In this document: positions 1 through 8,295 of the stretch, piece after piece
How positions within the stretch are numbered: position 1 is the stretch's first letter
How the letters are laid out: every line of letters starts with the position of its first letter
NCBI GenBank assembly: GCA_050309605.1
Contig: JBNRMN010000043.1
Location: forward strand, 1 to 26,727
Direction of reading: 5' to 3'
DNA: 26,727 nt
Source of the DNA: Anaerohalosphaeraceae bacterium
GTDB taxonomy: Bacteria; Planctomycetota; Phycisphaerae; Sedimentisphaerales; Anaerohalosphaeraceae
The notes under the pieces: model-generated
The model's database searches: none
What the model was told of the DNA's origin: nothing
What the model saw: only the letters and a program-made list of their open reading frames with translations
Translations under genes and position numbers: made by a program

Positions 1-52
1 AAAGTTGGTTGAAAATGCTCTTTGAAAACTATAAGTATTTTGGATTTAACGC

Positions 53-81
53 TTTAAGACACCAGCATGGTAGATTATAAT
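53..81 (+). promoter_or_regulatory. Putative sigma70 promoter
   Basis: TTTAAG (53-58), 17 nt, TATAAT (76-81). The -35 is weak. Confidence 0.45.
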
Positions 82-87
82 ACCTCT

Positions 88-205
88 GCCATAGGGGAGG
101 ATAGGGCAACGCTGGGAAGCGACCTGATCGCCTCTATGGGGACATACAGCATAGGGCGGTATCCTCTTTGGAGCCGCCCATTTACCGCTTTATGCTGGTG
201 TCCCC
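88..205 (+). ncRNA. Candidate structured RNA of unknown family
   Basis: Hairpin 89-139 capped by CGCT-GGGA-AGCG (GNRA loop). Long stem 138-161/183-205, with alternative stem 154-160/173-179. G-U pairs favour the + strand. Confidence 0.4.
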
Positions 206-272
206 AATGCGATAAATCCATTGTTTTCATGCCTTGAAATTAACCAACTTTTTGGGAGTTGAGCCTATTTTA

Positions 273-2801
273 TTAAGCCGTGGGCAGAGCAATGGACACT
301 GTTGTGCCTTTATTGACTTCCGATTCGATCTGAATTCTCCCGTCCTGACGATCCAAAATCCGACGTACAATGGTCAACCCCAATCCTTCACCGCCGCAGC
401 CGGGACGGAGCTGGTGGAATATCTCAAACACTTTATCCAGATGCTCAGCCGAGATGCCGATGCCGTTATCTTCTATCTGGTAAAGGCATTGTCCGTTGTC
501 CCGGCGTCCGCGAATTCGAATCGTTGAGGGGTGTCCGGGACGACGGTACTTGATGGCATTGTCAATCAGGTTTTCAAACACCCGTGTGATGAGGGTCACA
601 TCGCCCCGACAGGCCGGCAGATCGCCTTCCACCGAAATATCGATGTGGTTTTCACGGATGATAAAATGCAGCCCGCTGAGTATGCCATTGACCACCGTAT
701 TGATGTTGACCGTGGTAGGCTGGATCTGCGCAGTGCCGATGCGGCTCAGTCGCAGCAGTCCGTTGAGCAGGGTATTGGCTTTTTTGGTGCCGTTTTTGAT
801 GAAGTGCAGTGATTCGGAGATTTCGCTGTCCAGGATGGGGTCAAGTTTTTCGCGTGTCTGTCGGCCCAGCATGGCCTCATCGAGGATGTGCTTAAGCGTC
901 TCAACGCTTTTTTCCAATTCGCCGGCAAAACCGCGAATATTGACCAGCGGACTCCTCAGATCGTGCGAGGCAATGAACACAATGCTCTCGAGTTCTTCAT
1001 TTTTGCTGCGCACTTCCTTGAGCAGTCGTTCTTTCGCTTCTTCAGCCTGCTTGCGGTCGGTGATGTCGGTGATGAACCCCTCGATGGCCAGGATTTGGCC
1101 GTTGGGGTCAAAGACGCCGCCGCCTTTTTCCCAAAACCATTTCAGTCGGCCGGATCGATCGCGAATGCGATACTCGATCTGGAACCGCTCTTTGCGGTTG
1201 ATCTGGCGGGAAATTTCCTGCCAGACATATTCGCGATCCTCCTGCACGATTAAATCGCCCCACGTCGCGATGCCGCGATAAAATTCCCGGTCGGTGTAGC
1301 CGGTCAGTTCCTCGCAGCCCTGGCTGAGAAACTCCATGGGCCAGCCTTTCGCAAATTTGCAGCGATAAGCGATCCCCCGCAGATTGGCAAACAGGCGGGA
1401 CATCGCCTGCTGATTTTCTTCGAGTTCGATGCGATTTTTTTCGCGTTCCGTGATGTCGTGGATGACGATGACGACGCCTTCGATGGCGCCGCTGCCGTTG
1501 CGGTGCGGATGATAAACACCCTGAAGAAAACGCAAGCCGTGCGGCTGAAGCTCAACCCACAATTCAAAAGAAACCGTTTGTCCGGTGAAGGCTTTTTCCA
1601 GCCGTTCACGAATATACCGATCAAAAAAATCCTGCCCGACGACGTCTTTGACGGGGTGACCGATCACCTCATTTCGTGTTCGATATACCGCGTTCAAATA
1701 GGCATCGTTGGCGGCGCGAAACACATAATCGGCATCGACGAAGACCATCTGATCTTCCGAGAGCGATATAATGGTCTCATAGCGGCGCAGGGCGGAAATA
1801 TCTTTTTGATGCGCTTGCAGTTCGCTTTGCAGTTGGACGGTGTGTCTGCGCACCTGACGACTCAGCATTCGGTTCCACAGAAAAACCATCAGCAGCACAC
1901 CGGCTGCCCCGACTAATATGATCAGAAAAATCAGCGCATCGATGCCTTTGCGTTCGAGCGGCATTATCCATCGATTGATGATCGCGTTTCGACGCGATGG
2001 GGGAATTTGTGCCAGCGCCGCGTTCAGGATTTCGACCAGTTCCGGCCGGTCGCTTCGGCAGGCAAAACCAAGGACATAAGGATAGGCGGCGTCGCCTACA
2101 ATGTGCAGGTTGGTGAATTTATTTTGCTGGATATACCAGCTTGCGCGAGCAATCTCGACGACCATCGCATCGGCCTGATTGAATGAGACGCGGCTCAGAC
2201 CGATCAGCTCATCATCAACTTGCAATAGCCGGATGTGCGGGTAACGCCGTGTTAAATATTCTTCGATTGCCGCGCCGCGAACGACCGCGACGGTGTGGCC
2301 GGCCAGGTCGTCCAGTGTCAGCGGGCCGTGGACGTCTTCGGTGGCGATAATTTTGTTTTCAAAGGACAGGTAGGGTTCAGTAAAGTCAAATTCACCCAAA
2401 CGCGAGGGGGTCTTTTGTGCGGCGTAGATGATGTCAATCTCGCGGTTGAACGCGGCCTGCATCATCTCGTTCCAGGTGTCGTAAAAGACAATATCGAATG
2501 AATAATTCAGATGCGTTTCAATTTCACGGATAAAATCAATGCACAAGCCGGTCAGCGTCCCGTCATCGGGGTCGCGGAAAATCTGCGGCGGAATGGACGT
2601 AACACCGATTCGGACAGGCAGCGGCTGGTCGTTGAGCCATTGCCGCACAACAGGATTTAAGATGTCCTGTTGTGATCCGGCAACGCCGATCAGCCTGTGT
2701 GGGATGGCCTGGACGGATAAGCCGCTTGTCAATACATACAGAACCGCCACCCACACGCCGCGTCCTGCGCGGCAACGGAAAATCGATGTTCCTGTTTCCA
2801 T
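273..2801 (-). CDS. Sensor histidine kinase: periplasmic solute-binding (SBP family 3) domain, TM, two PAS domains, HisKA, HATPase
   Basis: FDFTEPY and LAGHTVAVVRG (SBP_bac_3-like); TM LIFLIILVGAAGVLLMVFLW; PAS/PAC ends IHDITERE and ITDITDRK; H-box SHDLRSPL; NLIDNAIKY; DNGIGI; GEGLGL. Confidence 0.93.
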   Translation of the reverse strand: METGTSIFRCRAGRGVWVAVLYVLTSGLSVQAIPHRLIGVAGSQQDILNPVVRQWLNDQPLPVRIGVTSIPPQIFRDPDDGTLTGLCIDFIREIETHLNYSFDIVFYDTWNEMMQAAFNREIDIIYAAQKTPSRLGEFDFTEPYLSFENKIIATEDVHGPLTLDDLAGHTVAVVRGAAIEEYLTRRYPHIRLLQVDDELIGLSRVSFNQADAMVVEIARASWYIQQNKFTNLHIVGDAAYPYVLGFACRSDRPELVEILNAALAQIPPSRRNAIINRWIMPLERKGIDALIFLIILVGAAGVLLMVFLWNRMLSRQVRRHTVQLQSELQAHQKDISALRRYETIISLSEDQMVFVDADYVFRAANDAYLNAVYRTRNEVIGHPVKDVVGQDFFDRYIRERLEKAFTGQTVSFELWVELQPHGLRFLQGVYHPHRNGSGAIEGVVIVIHDITEREKNRIELEENQQAMSRLFANLRGIAYRCKFAKGWPMEFLSQGCEELTGYTDREFYRGIATWGDLIVQEDREYVWQEISRQINRKERFQIEYRIRDRSGRLKWFWEKGGGVFDPNGQILAIEGFITDITDRKQAEEAKERLLKEVRSKNEELESIVFIASHDLRSPLVNIRGFAGELEKSVETLKHILDEAMLGRQTREKLDPILDSEISESLHFIKNGTKKANTLLNGLLRLSRIGTAQIQPTTVNINTVVNGILSGLHFIIRENHIDISVEGDLPACRGDVTLITRVFENLIDNAIKYRRPGHPSTIRIRGRRDNGQCLYQIEDNGIGISAEHLDKVFEIFHQLRPGCGGEGLGLTIVRRILDRQDGRIQIESEVNKGTTVSIALPTA

Positions 2802-2853
2802 AAGATTTTGCTGTCTTCATCACGTTGGAACATCTCCTTCTCGAGCTTGCCTT

Positions 2854-2882
2854 ATTGTCCGCTATAAAGTCGGCCATGTCAA
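2854..2882 (-). promoter_or_regulatory. sigma70 promoter for the histidine kinase
   Basis: Minus strand TTGACA-N17-GACAAT. Confidence 0.6.
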
Positions 2883-2961
2883 TGCTGATAAAGAACGTTT
2901 TGGAGAATTACCAAAGAAAAAGGTGAACTTTTGCGAAAAACAGGTAAATAAAGATGGGCAT

Positions 2962-3002
2962 AAAAAAAGCCAGACTCGCAACTTCCCTGCGACATCTGGC
3001 TT
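2962..3002 (-). terminator. Intrinsic terminator
   Basis: Minus strand AAGCCAGA..TCGCA-loop-TGCGA.TCTGGC followed by T7. Confidence 0.7.
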
Positions 3003-3057
3003 CGGAGGAGGGTGATGAAAAGTTTGGTTAATGGGCGTTCGTTGTGTCGCTCTGTAT
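2962..3057 (-). ncRNA. Candidate ~95-nt sRNA with an anti-Shine-Dalgarno tract
   Basis: Lies between an ECF-like promoter and the terminator; CACCCTCCTCC sits directly 5' of the terminator stem. Confidence 0.4.
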
Positions 3058-3062
3058 ATTAT

Positions 3063-3088
3063 GACGTACAAAAGGGCAGGAGAGTTTG
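3063..3088 (-). promoter_or_regulatory. ECF-sigma-like promoter
   Basis: Minus strand caAAC-N17-CGTC, the AAC/CGT bipartite pattern typical of ECF promoters. Confidence 0.4.
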
Positions 3089-3328
3089 GGAATTTTTCAA
3101 AAAATCGCATATTTTTTTCCGACTGGGTCCGCACAGTGCGGTCGAAGTTCAGGAGAGGGGGTGTGTGTTTACTGTAAAGAATTACTGTAAATCAGGTTAT
3201 GATTATTTGACCAGAACTTGGGCAAACGCGCCGCCAAAGCGGTTTATTTTATCACTTGATAAAAATGCATCCTCTTGACTCACAATTTCACACCACAAAC
3301 GGAATTTTCAGTTTATTTACTTTTTTGC

Positions 3329-3384
3329 TTGCAAAAAAATTACTGTTCACTAAAATGGTCGTAAAAGTTAGATATTTATCTAAC
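3329..3384 (+). promoter_or_regulatory. sigma70 promoter with a downstream palindromic operator
   Basis: TTGCAA (3329-34), N16, TAAAAT (3351-56); perfect 8-2-8 palindrome GTTAGATA-TT-TATCTAAC at 3367-3384. Confidence 0.55.
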
Positions 3385-3448
3385 AAATTTGATGTTTAGG
3401 TATGTTTTTTAGTAAATATTGATCATTGTGTAAAATGGAGGAGCTGCT

Positions 3449-3892
3449 ATGGGGCAGATTCGAATGGATCCGAGCTGGTTTGACGGACGATGGCGACCAT
3501 CGCAGGAGCCTAACGGGCTGCGGCGGCAGTGGGAGCGGCTTGAGCATTTGTCGCAATTTCTTGATGAACACGAGCGGGTTCTGTTTGAGGCCGTGGTCGA
3601 ACAGGGCGGACGGGTCGGACGGTTGGCGCGACTGACCCGACGCAGTGCTACCAGTGTGAGACGGCAAATTCGGGACATCGTTCATCGCTTGTCCAGACGC
3701 GAGCTGGATGTCCTGCTCAAACACCCGCGAGCGTTTACCGGTCTGGAGCAGGCGTGTCTGCGCGAGCATCTGGTGCGTAAACGACCGCTGGCGCAGGTGG
3801 CGCGCGAACTGGGAACGACGGTCTATGAAGTACGCAAAACGCTGGCCGCGGTCCGCGCCAAGACCGAACGGTTATGCAGAGCTGATCCATAA
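3449..3892 (+). CDS. Hypothetical DNA-binding protein with two tandem HTH (sigma region-4-like) units
   Basis: GGAGGAG RBS; LDEHERVLFE..VGRLARLTRRSATSVRRQI and FTGLEQACLRE..LAQVARELGTTVYEVRKTL; Arg-rich. Confidence 0.65.
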   Translation: MGQIRMDPSWFDGRWRPSQEPNGLRRQWERLEHLSQFLDEHERVLFEAVVEQGGRVGRLARLTRRSATSVRRQIRDIVHRLSRRELDVLLKHPRAFTGLEQACLREHLVRKRPLAQVARELGTTVYEVRKTLAAVRAKTERLCRADP

Positions 3893-3911
3893 CTTCCCTT
3901 CAGGTTCAAAT

Positions 3912-3940
3912 TTGACTTTTGCCTGCAGGGTACTTATGAT
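3912..3940 (+). promoter_or_regulatory. sigma70 promoter
   Basis: TTGACT-N17-TATGAT. Confidence 0.7.
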
Positions 3941-3976
3941 GCCCCCGAACGATGAATTGTATTTTTCTGGAGATAG

Positions 3977-4987
3977 ATGATGAACTTATTACATCGAGTG
4001 ATGGTTTTCATGTGTTTGTTTTGCGGATCGTTGGCCTGGGCCGGTGAGGTGATCCTGGTCAACGGGGATCGCCTGAGCGGCACGGTGGATGCGATTGTGG
4101 GGGGCACGCTGCAGCTTCGCTCGCCGCTGCTGGGTCAGGTCGAGATCGATATGATCCATGTGGATTCGATCAGCAGCGACGAGATAGTAACAGTGGTGCT
4201 CTCGGACGGCCGGACGGTGGCTCGTCGGCTTCGCGGAATTGAATCGCGGCGCATTCAGCTTCAGGACGACCAGGGACGCATTGAACAGGCTGTTGAACTG
4301 GATCAGATCGAGGCGGTCAATCCGCCGCCGAAAGACGAGCCGCAGTGGACCGGCAGTATCACCGGCGGCCTGACCTCCATTCACGGCAACACACAATCGC
4401 AGTCAGTTCAGGCCGGTGTGAGTCTGTCCAAACGCGACAAAGCAGCGCGGACATCGCTGGGCGGCGACTACGGTCGGGCCGAGCGCGATGACGAGGTCAC
4501 AGAGGACTGGTGGCGCTTGCGGGGGAAATATGACCGGTTTCTGTCTGAGAAATTTTATGTCTATGGCGAAGGGCGGTACGCGGTGGACAAGGTCGCTGAC
4601 CTGGATCGGCGAATTATCGGCGGCGCCGGCGGCGGGTATCAGTGGATCGAAAGCGAGCGGATGAATTTTTCGACTGAAGCCGGTGCGGCTCACGTAACGG
4701 AAAAATACAAAGACCGCGGCAGCGACGACCGCATCACGGCCCAGGCAAGCTATTATTTCGACACCGTGCTTAATCAGACGCTGACATTCAAGCATGACCT
4801 GTCCTATTTTCCGAGCACGGAGAAGTTTTCGGATTATTACCTGACCACGTCGTTTGAGCTGCGCGCCCGGCTGACCGAGACGATGTTTACCAATTTCCGA
4901 ACGATCTTTGACTACGACGCCACCCCGGCCCCGGGAAAAAGCAGCACCGACATCAAGCACATCCTCGGCGTCGGCTGGGACTTTTAG
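3977..4987 (+). CDS. DUF481/YdiY-family outer-membrane beta-barrel with an N-terminal domain
   Basis: Signal peptide ending AWA; VILVNGDRLSG N-terminal domain; WTGSITGG..GNT; alternating beta strands; C-terminal GVGWDF. Confidence 0.85.
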   Translation: MMNLLHRVMVFMCLFCGSLAWAGEVILVNGDRLSGTVDAIVGGTLQLRSPLLGQVEIDMIHVDSISSDEIVTVVLSDGRTVARRLRGIESRRIQLQDDQGRIEQAVELDQIEAVNPPPKDEPQWTGSITGGLTSIHGNTQSQSVQAGVSLSKRDKAARTSLGGDYGRAERDDEVTEDWWRLRGKYDRFLSEKFYVYGEGRYAVDKVADLDRRIIGGAGGGYQWIESERMNFSTEAGAAHVTEKYKDRGSDDRITAQASYYFDTVLNQTLTFKHDLSYFPSTEKFSDYYLTTSFELRARLTETMFTNFRTIFDYDATPAPGKSSTDIKHILGVGWDF

Positions 4988-5034
4988 TTCTGAATTGTTA
5001 GTTTGTAGCGGGAAGTGGATCGGGGCTGTTTTTA

Positions 5035-5082
5035 GCCCCTTCGTCCGCTTTCGGCGGACACCTTCCCCTGACAGGGCAGGAA
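5035..5082. repeat. REP-like double-hairpin intergenic element
   Basis: GCCCCTTCGTCCGC-TTTCG-GCGGACACCTTCCCCTGACAGGGCAGGAA; resembles the dispersed CCCCTCATCCG..TTCG..CACCTTCTCCC..GGGAGAAGG palindromes (recalled, not searched). Confidence 0.45.
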
Positions 5083-5170
5083 CCTATATAAGGAGCGCTT
5101 GTGGGGCTGGGTTTTTGGAATTGCGGTTGGAGTGCGATGTTGGGATTGCGTGAAGAAAGGAGCAGGGGTG

Positions 5171-5881
5171 ATGTTTGAGTTAGAGGCGGCCTGTATCGGC
5201 CAGGCGTTTTGTGAGTTGGGGCCGCGGGCACGGGAATTGATGCGGTTTTTCGGGATGTCGATGGAGGGTTTGCGGCGGCGGGCGGTACGGTATCGGGTGT
5301 CGCTGCGGCTGGAGGCGGGGCAGGTTTGCTGGATCGGCGGGCCGAGCGGTGCCGGCAAGAGCCTGCTGCTGGATGCGTTGTATGCGCAAGCGCCGCCGGA
5401 TGAGCGGATTCGCGTTGAGTCGATTGCGCTGGAACGCGATAGGGCGGTGATTGATTGTGTCACCGGGCCGCTGAGTCGGTCGCTGGAGCTGCTCAGCCGA
5501 GCGGGGCTGAGCGATGTGCCGTGCCTGCTGCGTCCGCCGGCGATGCTCAGCAACGGGCAGCAGTGGCGCTATCGGCTGGCGCGGGCATTGATGAGCGGGC
5601 GGCAACTCATCTTTGCCGATGAGTTTTGCGCGTCGCTGGATGCGACGACCGCAGGGGTCGCGGCCTATCAAGTGCGTCGTATCGCGACCGCATCGAGACG
5701 TAGTTTTGTACTGGCCGGGTGCAGGGAGGATGTGCTGGCCGAACTGAGGCCGGACGTGCTGGTGGCTCTCGACGGCCGGGAGGCAGACGTCATTTATCAG
5801 AACTCAGGGCGCAATCCATCACGTTCCAAAAAAGAACATTCCTTGTCAATCGGACCTATCCAAACAGAAGGAGCAGTGTAA
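5171..5881 (+). CDS. Stand-alone ABC-type ATPase with no membrane partner
   Basis: AAGGAG RBS before ATG 5171; Walker A GPSGAGKS; signature LSNGQQ; Walker B/D-loop LIFADEFCASLD. Confidence 0.8.
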   Translation: MFELEAACIGQAFCELGPRARELMRFFGMSMEGLRRRAVRYRVSLRLEAGQVCWIGGPSGAGKSLLLDALYAQAPPDERIRVESIALERDRAVIDCVTGPLSRSLELLSRAGLSDVPCLLRPPAMLSNGQQWRYRLARALMSGRQLIFADEFCASLDATTAGVAAYQVRRIATASRRSFVLAGCREDVLAELRPDVLVALDGREADVIYQNSGRNPSRSKKEHSLSIGPIQTEGAV

Positions 5882-6174
5882 TGGCACACATCAAAAAACG
5901 GACCTATGTCAAAAAACCCATTGAACAGCAAATTGAAACGGCTCACCAAAAGGGGTGCCTGCTGCTGGCCAAAAGTATGCCCGCGGCGGTTGAGAAGCTG
6001 ATCCGGCTGCTGGAGGATGAAAACTCCGAGACGGCTCGCAAAGCCTGCGTGGATTTGATCAAGCTGGAACTGACCCAGCCGCGGTCGAGCCGGACCCAAG
6101 AGGAAACGAAACCGCCTGAACCGCTGGATCCGGAGCTGGCAGATCGACTGCTCAAGGCATTGGCGGAGGGGTAG
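5881..6174 (+). CDS. 97-aa hypothetical helical protein (single HEAT-like hairpin)
   Basis: GAAGGAG RBS; TAATG stop-start overlap with the ATPase; AVEKLIRLLEDENSETARKACVDLIKL. Confidence 0.7.
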   Translation: MAHIKKRTYVKKPIEQQIETAHQKGCLLLAKSMPAAVEKLIRLLEDENSETARKACVDLIKLELTQPRSSRTQEETKPPEPLDPELADRLLKALAEG

Positions 6175-6177
6175 AAC

Positions 6178-6198
6178 GGAGAATGGAGAATGGAGAAT
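6178..6198 (+). repeat. Heptamer tandem repeat (GGAGAAT)x3
   Basis: Read directly from the sequence. Confidence 0.8.
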
Positions 6199-6203
6199 TG
6201 GGA

Positions 6204-6231
6204 TTGCTTTTTTTGGTTAAATTCCTATAAT
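6204..6231 (+). promoter_or_regulatory. sigma70 promoter for the AraC-family gene
   Basis: TTGCTT-N16-TATAAT. Confidence 0.55.
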
Positions 6232-6312
6232 ACTATCTTGCTAATCGAGCCTGTCGTTTTTTGTCGAATCGACCGTTTTGGCAGCATTTTCTGATATTAA
6301 AGGCCGAAAAAA

Positions 6313-7605
6313 ATGAAAAATCGAATTCTTCACACGGCCCTTCATCTCACAGAGATGATAACGCCGGAACAATTCAGCAGAATTGACGCCGGATTTGCCC
6401 AAAATTACGGACTGGGTCTTGAATTTACGGACACGGAGGGGCGAGAAATCCGTTCCTTGTGTTCGCGGAGTTGCCAGCGGGCGTTTTGCCGTCTGGTGCG
6501 CGATTCCAAAGTGGGAAGCGGGCGATGCCGCCAGGACAGGCTGCGGAGTCTGAATATCTCGATTGAGACCGGCCAGCCGTATATTACCCTGTGTCATGCG
6601 GGGATCGGCGTGGTGTGTGTGCCGGTGATGGATGGCGATCTGCCGCTGGGCGGCGCGTTTTTCGGCAAGTGCGTCTGGGAACCGGTCGATGAGACGATTC
6701 GTGAGGATATCCGCAAACGGCTGCGGGGGCTGCGATTCGGGGCCGGCGCGCTGGAAGAGGCTGTCAGCCGGCTGCCGGTGATCTCGGCCCGACGGATTCA
6801 CGAGGCGGCTGAGTTTCTGTATGTCCTGCTGTATCAGATGACCGGGCTTGACCCGCAGGTTGTGCAATGGCGACGCCAGCGTTCGCAGCAGCAGGCCAAA
6901 ATCAGCGAGGTCATTCAGGACAGCAAACGCTTCGGTTCGGAGGAAACCTATCCGTATGAATTGGAATGTCAGTTGATCGCCAAGGTCAAGCTGGGCGACC
7001 GCACGGGCGCTAAAGAAATCCTGAATCTGCTGCTGGGCAAGATTCTGTTTCACAATCCCGGCCACGTCAACCTGCTCAAGGCGCGTCTGGTGGAACTGCT
7101 CAGCGTGTTGAGTCGAGCGGCGGCACAGGGCGGGGTCGATATCAATATGCTGCTGAGCAAGAATCTGGCATATATCGATACCGTCCTGACACTTGCTACG
7201 CAGGAGGATTTGTGTATCTGGATCAGCCGGGCGCTGGATGAGTTCATTGAAAGCGTTTACAGCTCGCAAGACGCTAAAAAAATCTCCCAGCTCCGACCGG
7301 CAATGGAGTATATGCAGTATCATTTTGATCAACCGCTGACACTGGAAGACATTGCCCGGCAGGCGCATCTGAGTGTGTCGCGTTTGTCGCATTTGTTCAA
7401 AGAGCAAGTGGGAATCACGGTGATCGAATACCTGACAAATATTCGCATTAATCAGGCCAAGCATCGGCTCATCGCCGGCGACCGGAATTGTACCCAGATT
7501 TGTTTTGAGGTCGGCTACAACAACCAGAGCTATTTCACCCGCATTTTCAAGCAGGTCGTGGGAATGACGCCGCGGCAGTTTCGTCAGGAAAACAGGCGTC
7601 TGTAA
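6313..7605 (+). CDS. AraC-family regulator with an N-terminal PocR ligand-binding domain
   Basis: PocR cysteine pattern FCRLVR..CRQD..CHAG..VPV; C-terminal LTLEDIA..LSHLFKEQVG..VGYNNQSYFTRIFKQVVGMTPRQFR. Confidence 0.92.
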   Translation: MKNRILHTALHLTEMITPEQFSRIDAGFAQNYGLGLEFTDTEGREIRSLCSRSCQRAFCRLVRDSKVGSGRCRQDRLRSLNISIETGQPYITLCHAGIGVVCVPVMDGDLPLGGAFFGKCVWEPVDETIREDIRKRLRGLRFGAGALEEAVSRLPVISARRIHEAAEFLYVLLYQMTGLDPQVVQWRRQRSQQQAKISEVIQDSKRFGSEETYPYELECQLIAKVKLGDRTGAKEILNLLLGKILFHNPGHVNLLKARLVELLSVLSRAAAQGGVDINMLLSKNLAYIDTVLTLATQEDLCIWISRALDEFIESVYSSQDAKKISQLRPAMEYMQYHFDQPLTLEDIARQAHLSVSRLSHLFKEQVGITVIEYLTNIRINQAKHRLIAGDRNCTQICFEVGYNNQSYFTRIFKQVVGMTPRQFRQENRRL

Positions 7606-7740
7606 CGCAAATTCGGCGGCGGTGCACATTTTTGGGGCCAATTCGCGCGATCGGCAGGAATTCCGGTTGTGTTCAGGCGGTTAAGCACGTAAAATACAGT
7701 TTCGTAAAGGGATGAAAACGTTTTTTTCAGGAGTCATCAC

Positions 7741-8223
7741 ATGGATATTTTTGAGTTTGCGATTCAAATGGAGAAGGACGGGGAGGCATTTTATCGCGAT
7801 ATGGCGGGCAAGATTCACGAAAAAGGGGTTAAACAAATCCTGAATATGCTGGCCGAGGATGAAGTCAAGCACGCCAAGGCGCTTGAGCAAATCCGGTCGC
7901 GCACCACCGAGATGGCGGATACGGACATTCTTGACAAAGCCAAAAATATTTTTGTTCGTATGAAAGACTTTCATGAGGAATTCGACTTTGATCACAGCCA
8001 CGAGGAGTTATATCGTCAGGCGATGAAGATTGAGCAGGACAGTATCGATTTTTATCTGGATCGTGCCGATCAGGTCAAAGAGGCATCGCACAAGGCGCTG
8101 TTGCTTCGTCTGGCAGAGGAAGAAAAAAAGCACTATCGCCTGCTCAGCGGCCTGGTGGATTTTGTCAGCCGTCCCCGTACATGGCTGGAAAACGCCGAGT
8201 TCTATCATTTGGAAGAGTATTAA
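7741..8223 (+). CDS. Ferritin-like/rubrerythrin-family di-iron protein without a rubredoxin domain
   Basis: AIQMEKDGEAFY..EDEVKH and AMKIEQDSIDFY..EEEKKH; AGGAG RBS. Confidence 0.88.
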   Translation: MDIFEFAIQMEKDGEAFYRDMAGKIHEKGVKQILNMLAEDEVKHAKALEQIRSRTTEMADTDILDKAKNIFVRMKDFHEEFDFDHSHEELYRQAMKIEQDSIDFYLDRADQVKEASHKALLLRLAEEEKKHYRLLSGLVDFVSRPRTWLENAEFYHLEEY

Positions 8224-8237
8224 AGCCAATCGTCTGC

Positions 8238-8271
8238 AAAAAAAGCCCTGTTCCGTTCGACGGAGCAGGGC
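8238..8271 (-). terminator. Intrinsic terminator ending the pilus operon (possibly bidirectional)
   Basis: GCCCTGTTCCGT-TCG-ACGGAGCAGGGC with A7 on its left (T7 on the minus strand). Confidence 0.8.
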
Positions 8272-8295
8272 CTTATGGTTACCCTCCGATTGAAC

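Larger units (their letters stand above)
1..251. repeat. Nested imperfect inverted repeat built from four matching blocks; may extend past the left edge
   Basis: AAAGTTGGTT 1-10 / AACCAACTTT 242-251; TGAAAAC 23-29 / GTTTTCA 223-229; TGGATTTA 41-48 / TAAATCCA 213-220; GACACCAGCAT 58-68 / ATGCTGGTGTC 192-202. The blocks are collinear. Confidence 0.8.

Noticed and set aside
95..130. CTGGGAAG as a cobalamin riboswitch
   Set aside because: No GGTG.AA.TCC, GCCACTG or B12-box elements.
75..230. 51-aa minus-strand ORF (MKTMDLSHWGHQ...) as a type I toxin
   Set aside because: No hydrophobic TM segment and no clear RBS.
3012..3278. 88-aa + strand ORF preceded by GGAGG
   Set aside because: No protein-like features, and it runs across promoter-like AT-rich DNA. 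The minus-strand sRNA reading explains the region better, though the ORF is not fully excluded.
6241..7641. 466-aa antisense ORF and other long overlapping ORFs (496-1281, 10618-11352, 11340-12191, 21924-22739)
   Set aside because: Shadow ORFs of high-GC genes with no recognisable motifs.
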